This document shows, piece after piece, positions 32,149-39,692 of a stretch of DNA of 64,000 nucleotides (its first letter is position 1; every line of letters begins with the position of its first letter). The notes beneath the pieces were generated by a model. That model made no database searches. It had not been told where the DNA came from and saw nothing but the letters and a program-made list of their open reading frames with translations. The position numbers were made by a program, and so were the translations under genes. The DNA comes from an uncultured delta proteobacterium (GTDB taxonomy: Bacteria; Desulfobacterota; Binatia; Binatales; Binataceae), in NCBI GenBank assembly GCA_963724765.1, contig CAVRVY010000003.1, positions 1,248,001-1,312,000 of the forward strand. The letters run 5' to 3'.

Positions 32149-33047
32149 ATGAAATATCACGACGGAGAAATCGCTGTACAGACGAAGGCCGGGGTGCGCC
32201 ATCAGGCCGAGAAGCTGGCCGCGCTAATCGGCGGCTCGCTCTCACCTGACCGGCAAGGGTTTGTCGCCGCTCAGCGCTTCGCCGTGCTGGGAACAGCGGA
32301 TTGGCGCGGCCGCGTATGGGCCTCGGTCGTTACGGGAGAAGCGGGATTCCTGCAGGCGCTCGACGAGCAGACGATTCGGATCGCGGCCGTTCCGGCCGCC
32401 GGCGATCCGCTGCTTGAAAATCTCGCGCGACCGGCACACGCCGCGTTGATTATTCCCGATCTCGCCGCGCGGCGCAGGCTCCGGCTGAATGGGCGCGGTC
32501 AAATTACGGACGGCGCAATCGAGATTCGCGCGGAGAGGTCTACGGCAACTGCTCGCACTACATTCAGGCTCGCGCGCCGATCGGCGAGCACGAATGGCGG
32601 CCGGGCGCCGATGCGGCTGCCGCGCGAGCAACCGAGCTTTCAGCAGAACATCAACGGCTGATCGCGCGCGCCGACACGTTTTTCATCGCGACCGACCATC
32701 CTGAATCCGGCGCCGACATATCGCATCGCGGCGGCAATCCCGGTTTCGTGCGGATCGCCGACAGCCGCCGCCTCGCGATTCCCGATTACTCGGGCAACAA
32801 CATGTTCAACACGCTCGGCAATATCGTCGCCAACTCGCGCGTCGGGATGCTTTTTATCGGCTTCGAGAGCGGACGAACGCTCCAGCTCACTGGACGCGCG
32901 ACGATCGATTGGGACTCCGCGCGCGCGGCGACGCTGGCCGGTGCCGAACGGATCCTTGATTTCGAACTCGACGAGGCAATCGACAATCCGCATGGATTCC
33001 CACTGCGCTACGAGTTCCACGGGTATTCGCACTTCAATCCGTTGTAG
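32149..33047 (+). pseudogene. Pyridoxamine 5'-phosphate oxidase-family FMN-binding protein with 1-nt frameshift
   Basis: MKYHDGEIAVQ...RRRLRLNG in one frame; after gcg gag AG gtc (32536-32537, one base short) it resumes VYGNCSHYIQAR...DISHRGGNPGF...PDYSGNNMFNTLGN in the frame of ORF 32748-33047. Confidence 0.85.
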
Positions 33048-33076
33048 CGCGATGCCGCTCGGCGGGGCCGACTAAG

Positions 33077-33105
33077 AAAAGCGGCGGGACGAGCGTCCCG
33101 CCGCT
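33077..33105 (-). terminator. GC-rich hairpin between convergent genes, probable intrinsic terminator
   Basis: agcggcgggacg-ag-cgtcccgccgct inverted repeat followed by T-run on the minus strand. Confidence 0.65.
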
Positions 33106-33133
33106 GCCAATTCCATTCCAGGCCGCGCTGCGT

Positions 33134-33985
33134 CTACGGCTCGAAGCGAAACGCTCCGCCGCGGCGCACTATATGGCCCGAGGTCGGGCCGGAGAAATGC
33201 GTGCCGATAACGTGCACCGGCTGGTCGCAATAGCGCTCGACGAATTTCCTGCGCGTGTCGGAGGCCATCGCCGGGTCGGTGTCGAATTCGCAGACCCACT
33301 CCGGATGGGCGACCTGGATCGGATGGTGGATCATGTCGCCGGTTATCACTGCGTTCTCGCCGCGCGAGGAGATTCGCACGCTGGTATGGCCGGGAGTATG
33401 GCCCGGGGTGGGCTCGAGCCAGACTTCGCCGGTCAGTTTGCGCGCCGGCTCGACCAGCTCGGCGAGTCCCGCCTCGATCACCGGACGCACCGAGTCCTCG
33501 ATCGGCTTCTGGAAGTCGGGGCTGCCGTCGTATTTCGACCAGTGATCCCATTCGCGCGAGCACATCATGTACTTCGCCTTGGGAAAGGTCGGCACCCAGC
33601 GCCCGTTGACCAGCATCGTGTTCCATCCGACGTGATCGAGATGGAGGTGCGTGCAGATGACGGTGTCCACCGATTCGCGCGAGACCCCCGCCTTCTCCAT
33701 GTCGGCCAGGAAGGGCGTGTGCAGGTTGTTGAAATCCGCAAAGCCCGGACGCGGCTTGTCGTTGCCGACGCAGGTGTCGACCAAGATGCGGCGGCCCTCG
33801 GACTCCACGAGCAGGGCATGAATGCTGAGGAGAATTTTGCCGCTCTCGTCGATAAAGGGGTTAAGCCATTCGCGTTCATGCTGAAGCGCATCGACCGTCG
33901 CATTGGCCGTGATCATCGTGCCGGGCCAGTGCGGCTCCTGTTCGCGAAGCAGCGTGACTTTGACGTCGCCAATTTGCCAATGCAT
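33134..33985 (-). CDS. Metallo-beta-lactamase-fold hydrolase
   Basis: THLHLDHVGWN, PTPGHTPGH, GDMIHH, GTHF; GGAGG RBS before MHWQIGD. Confidence 0.92.
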   Translation of the reverse strand: MHWQIGDVKVTLLREQEPHWPGTMITANATVDALQHEREWLNPFIDESGKILLSIHALLVESEGRRILVDTCVGNDKPRPGFADFNNLHTPFLADMEKAGVSRESVDTVICTHLHLDHVGWNTMLVNGRWVPTFPKAKYMMCSREWDHWSKYDGSPDFQKPIEDSVRPVIEAGLAELVEPARKLTGEVWLEPTPGHTPGHTSVRISSRGENAVITGDMIHHPIQVAHPEWVCEFDTDPAMASDTRRKFVERYCDQPVHVIGTHFSGPTSGHIVRRGGAFRFEP

Positions 33986-33993
33986 AGGGGTAA

Positions 33994-34064
33994 CCTCCAC
34001 GGTTGTTAGGGCGCTACCTTAACCCGAGCGGCACGACGGCGGCAATCGAAATGCGCCAGCCTCC
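33994..34064. repeat. 71-bp perfect direct repeat, copy 1
   Basis: cctccacggttgttagggcgctaccttaacccgagcggcacgacggcggcaatcgaaatgcgccagcctcc identical at 37999-38069. Confidence 0.95.
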
Positions 34065-34647
34065 CGCGTCGCCCGAAGCTGGACCAAAGTCCGATTGTCT
34101 CGGTTACGTCTCACAGGCATCATTTGCGGGATCTGATTGCGCGAAGGCGCCGAGGTTGTGCCTTAATAGCCGATTCCGAAGGATTCCGCAGTGATAGAGA
34201 GCCGCAGAGCATCAGGGCTGCGTGTCGGCGCGCGAGTTGTCGCGCTCGTGTTCGTGTTCGTCGCGCTTGGCTTGTCGCGAGCAACGGCGCAGCCAGCACC
34301 CGCACCGCTCAGCGCGGATGAAGCTACGGCGATCGGGACCGACGCATATATCTTCGGCTATCCGCTCGTCACGATGGAGTACTCGCGGCGCGTTCTGACC
34401 AACGTCGCAGAGCCTGCCGCGACCAAAGCGCCGATGGGCGATCTCGCGAGGGTGCGGTCTTACCCGAACGCCTCTTTCCGCGATGTCACAGCTCCTAATG
34501 CCGGGAATAATATACTTGACTAATCCCGTGTGCTAGGCTGAACGGGACGTGACAGGCTGGCCGACAAACCGCGTTCGTGTCCACTCATTTACGTATTACA
34601 TGGTGATCTAAGTGATCTTTAATGATCTTTTAGAATGTCTTAAGTAG

Positions 34648-34676
34648 TTGACTCAAGCGTGGCAAGCCGTTACGCT
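34648..34676 (+). promoter_or_regulatory. Sigma70-type promoter for the long-leader transcript of the small Cys-rich gene
   Basis: TTGACT-17 nt-TACGCT preceded by an AT-rich tract with three TGATCT repeats. Confidence 0.6.
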
Positions 34677-34764
34677 AAGAGCGGTGGCAGGGTGGGCAAG
34701 GTCTTAATCGGGCGCGCAGGGAGGATGAGTGGGGCCGCATTTCACAATCCAATAAGAGAATAAG

Positions 34765-34832
34765 AAAAAAGCCCCTGTCATTTTGCCGATGGCAGGGGCT
34801 TGGGTGCCTGACTGGCAGGCCGGATCCGATTC
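34765..34832 (-). ncRNA. Predicted ~68-nt antisense sRNA in IS cargo
   Basis: Own promoter TTGCAG-17-TAAGCT upstream; small hairpin GCCUG-CCAGU-CAGGC then AAGCCCCUGCCAU/AUGACAGGGGCUU stem ending in U6; no credible ORF. Confidence 0.6.
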
Positions 34833-34839
34833 AGAATTT

Positions 34840-34868
34840 AGCTTACCACCATAAAGGCAACCCTGCAA
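34840..34868 (-). promoter_or_regulatory. Sigma70-type promoter of predicted sRNA
   Basis: Minus strand TTGCAG (34863-34868), 17-nt spacer, extended -10 TGG-TAAGCT (34840-34845). Confidence 0.6.
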
Positions 34869-34933
34869 CGGGCTCGTGTGGTCAGGCCGCGAGCCAACGG
34901 GAAAGGTGTGCCTTATGGCCTACGATACATCAT

Positions 34934-34962
34934 AAAAAGACCGACGCCCCCGAAAGGGGGCG
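34934..34962 (-). terminator. Hairpin/terminator closing the minus-strand cargo transcript
   Basis: cgccccc-gaaa-gggggcg stem (34945-34962) with a T5 run 6 nt downstream on the minus strand. Confidence 0.5.
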
Positions 34963-35018
34963 GATTGCTCACAGGCAACTCGCAAAATTTAACAGCATCA
35001 AATAGGAAGCAAAAACAA

Positions 35019-35192
35019 ATGCCTAAACCAGGCGAAGTTAATCAAGTGTCCGGAATTTACCGTTCTGACTGCTGCGGAGTGGAGCGGGCTGTTCCGGAGT
35101 ATCATAAATTTCCACCCTGCGATAAACGCGGATTTTCCTGTAAGGGTGCGAATGCGACGTGGACTCTTGTCCGTCGCACTCAGACGAAATGA
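35019..35192 (+). CDS. Small Cys-rich YjzC-like / zinc-ribbon protein (57 aa), IS passenger
   Basis: MPKPGEVNQVSGIYRSDCCGVERAVPEYHKFPPCDKRGFSCKGANATWTLV fits the KPG...SGxY...FPP...WxLV pattern; AGGA RBS and A-rich spacer. Confidence 0.75.
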   Translation: MPKPGEVNQVSGIYRSDCCGVERAVPEYHKFPPCDKRGFSCKGANATWTLVRRTQTK

Positions 35193-35553
35193 ATCGATGA
35201 ATAGAGTCTGAGCTATAACCGAACAGAAGCCCCCGTATCCAGTGAGCGTGTGTGCCATGGATTGCGGGGGCTTCACCAAAAAGATGAAGCAGGCCAGCAA
35301 TGGCCCACTCGTACCGGTAAAACCCGAATCGCCACCAATCGCCATCGCGCAGAACGAATCCATAGACTTCCGATTCTCCCGCGATATCGATGCAACGATT
35401 CAAATCGTCTGAAAGACTTTCAATTTTTTCGGCGCTTAAAACGCGCCCGCCAATTTCGATGATAGGTTTGCCACCGCGCGCAACCCATTCAATTGCGGTA
35501 ACGGCGTGGCCAGTCTCATACTCTGTCAGGATCAGAAGGTCATGTAACGCCAC
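35038..35553 (-). CDS. Hypothetical protein (171 aa), IS passenger
   Basis: Start overlaps the upstream 57-aa ORF; globular-looking core ending HWIRGLLFGYSSDSIHRF; tail is antisense to the YjzC-like gene. Confidence 0.65.
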   Translation of the reverse strand: MALHDLLILTEYETGHAVTAIEWVARGGKPIIEIGGRVLSAEKIESLSDDLNRCIDIAGESEVYGFVLRDGDWWRFGFYRYEWAIAGLLHLFGEAPAIHGTHAHWIRGLLFGYSSDSIHRFISSECDGQESTSHSHPYRKIRVYRRVEIYDTPEQPAPLRSSQNGKFRTLD

Positions 35554-35713
35554 GTTTCTTTCTCTTGGATTTCGTCAGCTGTTCCGCAAGTTCATGTTTG
35601 GGTACAGCAACCAACGCGCGCATGGCTTTCGCGAACCGCTGAAATGCTGATTCTGGTGGTTGTTCGTCAGGCCGTGCTTCGTGCGTGACGTGCGTGACGG
35701 CTGAATCCTTCAT
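35540..35713 (-). CDS. Small basic hypothetical protein (57 aa) downstream of transposase
   Basis: MKDSAVTHVTHEARPDEQPPESAFQRFAKAMRALVAVPKHELAEQLTKSKRKKRGVT; TGA-TAGACT extended -10 six nt before ATG; below ORF-track cutoff. Confidence 0.6.
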   Translation of the reverse strand: MKDSAVTHVTHEARPDEQPPESAFQRFAKAMRALVAVPKHELAEQLTKSKRKKRGVT

Positions 35714-35752
35714 AACTTCAGTCTATCACGTTTTGGTCGCGTCAGTCTGCCT

Positions 35753-36721
35753 CTACTCTGCCGGAGTCGATGAGGGCTCAAACGCTGGCGCGCCGCCGCC
35801 GATAAGCTCTTTGTACGTCAAGCGCCGTCCTGTCACGTTGCCGAGCGCCTGAACAAAGCGCGCCGCATCCGTGCCCTTGCGCTCGTTGAATCGGAACGCC
35901 TGCTCATCGAGATAGCGGAACAGATGGAACGGCTCGACGCTGATGTAGGTTCCTTTGAGGCCGCGTTTTAGGCAGGACCAAAAGTTTTCGATTCGATTCG
36001 TGTGAACGTTGCCCTTAACGTAGGCTTCCGTGTGATTGATAACCTGATGAACATACTCACGGTCTAGGCCGTTGTACGCGACCCATTCATCGGTGAACAC
36101 TTCCGAACCGGCTTCAACGTGCTGGCGGATTTCATCCTGTAGCGTCCGGCGCTGAGTATTCGGAACATGCTTGATGCGGACTTTGCCGCTGTTGCGGTCG
36201 AGGATGCCCATCACAATCGCTTTACCGGCCCCGCCCGTGCCCCCGATTTTTCTTGCGCGATCTGCCTTGTGCATGAATCGGGCGAGGCCACCGATAAAAG
36301 TTTCGTCGGCTTCCACCTGACCGCTGACTTTCTCAAATGTTCCGGTCTGCATTGCCTTGCGAATCCGATGAAGCATAAACCATGCGGTCTTTTGTGTCAC
36401 GTCGAGATCGCGTGCAACTTCATAGCTGCTAATCCCGTTCTTGCAATTGACCAACAGCCAGACAGCCGGAAGCCACTTGTCGAGACCGATGGGCGAATCC
36501 TCAAAGATGGTTCCAACCTTAACGGAGAACTGACGCTTCGGATGCTTTGAACTGCATTGCCAGCGGCTTTGATTGGCAAGGAAGCCAACCTTATCACTTC
36601 CGCATGTCGGACACTTGATGCCGTCCGGCCAGCGGATAGTCGCCATAAACTCGCGGCAGTTATCGGCGTTCTTAAAGAACCGAACCGCGTCGATCAACGT
36701 TCTCGGTATTCCTGCGTCCAT
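35753..36721 (-). CDS. IS1595-family (ISXO2-like) DDE transposase
   Basis: RWPDGIKCPTCG Zn-ribbon, FSVKVGTIFEDS, VTQKTAWFMLHRIR HTH, VEADETFIGG, FTDEW, INH, HTNRIENFWS, YLDEQAFRFN. Confidence 0.96.
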   Translation of the reverse strand: MDAGIPRTLIDAVRFFKNADNCREFMATIRWPDGIKCPTCGSDKVGFLANQSRWQCSSKHPKRQFSVKVGTIFEDSPIGLDKWLPAVWLLVNCKNGISSYEVARDLDVTQKTAWFMLHRIRKAMQTGTFEKVSGQVEADETFIGGLARFMHKADRARKIGGTGGAGKAIVMGILDRNSGKVRIKHVPNTQRRTLQDEIRQHVEAGSEVFTDEWVAYNGLDREYVHQVINHTEAYVKGNVHTNRIENFWSCLKRGLKGTYISVEPFHLFRYLDEQAFRFNERKGTDAARFVQALGNVTGRRLTYKELIGGGAPAFEPSSTPAE

Positions 36722-36727
36722 GTCAGA

Positions 36728-36756
36728 ATCATAGCGAACGAGCGAGGATTAGTCAA
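36728..36756 (-). promoter_or_regulatory. Transposase promoter (leaderless), -35 inside TIR
   Basis: TTGACT-17 nt-TATGAT, 6 nt, then ATG; no RBS. Confidence 0.75.
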
Positions 36757-37998
36757 GTATATTATTCCCCTAATGCCGACACTCTCTACACCTTCGCGTG
36801 GCTCGATCTCAGCAAGGAGCCATACGTGCTCAGCATTCCGGATGCGCATGGACGTTATTACCTGTTTCCGATGCTCGACGCGTGGACGACCGTGTTCCAG
36901 GTCCCCGGCAAGCGCACGACAGGCACTGGTCCGCAGACCTATGCGATCACCGGTCCCGGATGGTCGGGCACGCTTCCCGCTGGCGTGACCGAGTACAAGT
37001 CGCCGACCAACCTCGTCTGGATTCTTGGACGCATCTACTGCACCGGCACGCCGAAAGATTATAAGGCAGTGCATGCGTTGCAGGACAAAATCACGCTCGT
37101 CCCGCTCAGCTCGTACGGCAAGCCGTACACGCCGGCGGCTGGAACGGTCGATCCGAACATCGACGTGAAAACTGCGGTGCGAGCCCAGGTGAATGCGCTC
37201 GACATCGCGGCGTACTTCAACCTGATGGCGCAGTTGATGAAAGATAACCCGCCCACCGCGGAGGATGCGCCGATGATGGCGCGGATGGCGAAGATCGGAA
37301 TCGTGCCGGGGAAGGCGTTCGATATGACAAAGCTCTCACCCGATGCGCAACAGGCGCTAAAGGCTGTTCCCAAGGCCGCCGTCGCCAGGGTTATGGGCTA
37401 CTTCAAGGACGCTGGTAAGCGCGAAAATAGCTGGACGTTCCTTACCAAGACAGGAATCTATGGAACCGACTATCTCAATCGCGCTTTTGTCACCGCGATT
37501 GGTCTTGGCGCGAACCGTCCGCAGGACGCGGTCTATCCAACCTCTGAGATGGATGCCGGGGGAAAACCCTACTCGGGCGCCAACAAGTACGTCACGCGTT
37601 TCGACAAGGGAAAGTTGCCTCCCGCGGAGGGCTTCTGGTCGATGACGATGTACGACGCGAATTATTTCTTCGTGAATAATCCGCTCAATCGCTATACCAT
37701 CAGCGCGCGCAACAAGCTGAAGCAAAATGCCGACGGGTCTATCGACCTGTACATGCAGCACGAAAATCCCGGCAAGGACAAGGAATCCAACTGGCTGCCC
37801 GCTCCCGCAGGCAAGTTCGTTCTGATGCTGCGGATGTACTGGCCCAAGGAGACTCCGCCCTCGCTGCTGGACGGGACGTGGACGATACCGGGGGTGAAGC
37901 AGGCGTCGTAGTCAGCTCGGCGGGTTTCGAACAAGCTGGGAGGAAGGTCTCAACGGCCGCCGGCGCTACGCGGCGGCACCGCCGCTCACCAGGAGTAG

Positions 37999-38069
37999 CC
38001 TCCACGGTTGTTAGGGCGCTACCTTAACCCGAGCGGCACGACGGCGGCAATCGAAATGCGCCAGCCTCC
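37999..38069. repeat. 71-bp perfect direct repeat, copy 2
   Basis: Identical to 33994-34064. Confidence 0.95.
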
Positions 38070-38219
38070 GCACCGGACCGGGAAGCGCCCTACCAGGATC
38101 TCAGAGCCTGCTGATCGCGTCGAAGCGGTCTCAATAGGCCGCTCTAAGAGCGGACGGTCCTGGTCAGCTCCGCCGAAAACGTAGTAGGTCAGAACTACTC
38201 TACAAATGCCGGGGGAAAT

Positions 38220-39692
38220 ATGTGGTCCGACAAACTGCTTGGCGCGATCTTAGAGCAGCGTTATTCGAATACATGGCCGGAAAAGTTCAAAGCAGGCTTC
38301 GAGGCTCTTTTCGGTAGCGACGGTGGCCGTTATCCAGATAGCGCGAAACGCCAAGTGACGCTGCGCGCGCCCGCGCCTTCGGAAGATAGCGAGGGAATCA
38401 TACCATTTGCCGCGCTCATTCATCCGAGCAATCCCAGTTCGGGACCCTACGGTGGAACCTCGCTTGCTGTTTTCCCGGGCGATGACACGCCTTGTCTGAT
38501 CTCGCTTGTGGTCGGGACCAACGGACTTGCGCCGGACGAAGGGATTTTGGGGCGCCCCGGACACGCGCGCAAGGCAGAGGCAATTTGTGCATGGCTGAAC
38601 AGCGGGAGACGAAAACGCGTCGCGTGGTCGAAGCACGATCCGACTCGCTTGGATCAACGTATTCCGGCCGAGGTGGCCGAGGAGTTTGGGAAATACTCGG
38701 GGGCGATAGGAAAGTACGGTCACGTTCTCTATGCCATCTACGCACCAGAGGCCGACAAGAGCCAGACGTTGGAAGCGCTAACCGCATTTCTGGACTTCAT
38801 GTTTGATGAGCGGGGCGTTCATCCGCTCTCGCGCTTTGAAGCAGATGCCCGTGAGATTCGGACGCGCTGGTTTCACCACCTGATGCCTCACGTTTCAAAC
38901 GACCAAGTCGCTGAACTTCTGAACGAACGGCATTACGTGATTTTGCAGGGTCCCCCTGGAACGGGTAAGACCCACATGGCACGCGAGTTGATCACGACGG
39001 ATTACCAAAACCGCGGCAGGACCATTCAATTTCACGCGAACACGACTTACGAGAACTTCGTCGGCGGGTTGGCCCCAATAACCTCGTCCGACAGTCTCGG
39101 ATTTCAATTTGCCCCGCAGAAGGGTTTCCTGACCCTAGCCGCTGAACAAGCGCGCGCTTCGAGCGGAAAGTATCTGCTGCATGTCGATGAGATAAATCGA
39201 GCTGATTTGTCGAAGGTCCTCGGCGAGGCAATCTATTTGCTTGAGCCCGACGCGTTGGACGGGCGCGTCATCAACTTGCCTTACAAATTCGAACCACCGA
39301 CCGGAGATCGCCTCTCGCTGCCAGACAACTTGCACATACTTGGCACTATGAATACTTCGGATCGCAGTCTCGCGATCGTGGACATCGCGATTCGGCGACG
39401 GTTTGCGTTCGCAAAGCTCTGGCCGCAGATATCGGTGGTTGAGCGCGAGGGCTGCGACCTCATGAAGCAGGCGTTTCAAGCACTGCTCACCATTTTTGTC
39501 GACCACGCCACCGAAGACGCGATGGACCTGGTCCCAGGTCATTCGTATTTCTTGGAGTCGAACGAACCAAAGGCGCGAAGGCGACTAAAGACCACGCTGA
39601 AACCACTGCTGGAGGACTATCTCACACAGGGGTACGTCTCATCGTTCGCGGAAGCCGTGCGCGCGTACCTGCAATGGATCGATTCGCTGTGA
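38220..39692 (+). CDS. mcrB: McrB-family AAA+ GTPase with atypical N-terminal domain
   Basis: Walker A QGPPGTGKT, QFHANTTYENFVGG, Walker B VDEINRA, GTMNTSDRS McrB signature, AIRRRF, PGHSYF. Confidence 0.9.
   Translation: MWSDKLLGAILEQRYSNTWPEKFKAGFEALFGSDGGRYPDSAKRQVTLRAPAPSEDSEGIIPFAALIHPSNPSSGPYGGTSLAVFPGDDTPCLISLVVGTNGLAPDEGILGRPGHARKAEAICAWLNSGRRKRVAWSKHDPTRLDQRIPAEVAEEFGKYSGAIGKYGHVLYAIYAPEADKSQTLEALTAFLDFMFDERGVHPLSRFEADAREIRTRWFHHLMPHVSNDQVAELLNERHYVILQGPPGTGKTHMARELITTDYQNRGRTIQFHANTTYENFVGGLAPITSSDSLGFQFAPQKGFLTLAAEQARASSGKYLLHVDEINRADLSKVLGEAIYLLEPDALDGRVINLPYKFEPPTGDRLSLPDNLHILGTMNTSDRSLAIVDIAIRRRFAFAKLWPQISVVEREGCDLMKQAFQALLTIFVDHATEDAMDLVPGHSYFLESNEPKARRRLKTTLKPLLEDYLTQGYVSSFAEAVRAYLQWIDSL

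Larger units (their letters stand above)
34503..36769 (-). mobile_element. IS1595-family insertion sequence with passenger cargo (2267 bp)
   Basis: Perfect 24-bp TIRs gggaataatatacttgactaatcc (34503-34526) and its reverse complement (36746-36769); 8-bp TSD ctaatgcc (34495-34502, 36770-36777); DDE transposase inside. Confidence 0.96.
34191..37911 (+). pseudogene. DUF1254/DUF1214 secreted protein interrupted by IS1595-family element
   Basis: 5' part has signal peptide and AYIFGYPLV...DVTAPNA; removing the IS and one TSD joins it in frame to DTLYTFAWLDLSKEP (36778 onward), restoring the PNADTLY motif; C-terminal GFWSMTMY, NWLPAP. Confidence 0.93.

Noticed and set aside
32530-32545. Programmed ribosomal frameshift
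   Set aside because: No canonical slippery heptamer or evident stimulator; a simple 1-nt deletion or sequencing error is more parsimonious
33994-34064. tRNA/tmRNA-derived att site
   Set aside because: No cloverleaf, T-loop GTTCRA or CCA end; no integrase in the window
34878-35018. N-terminal extension of the small Cys-rich ORF (104-aa version)
   Set aside because: Runs through hairpins and has no RBS; family-like sequence begins at ATG 35019
34503-36769. RNA-guided (TnpB/IscB/IS110-type) element
   Set aside because: Transposase is a DDE IS1595 enzyme with TIRs and TSD; no RuvC-like ORF in the cargo
37739-38005. 88-aa ORF starting in repeat copy 2
   Set aside because: Low-complexity translation antisense to the DUF1254 3' end; its GTG is part of the duplicated RBS
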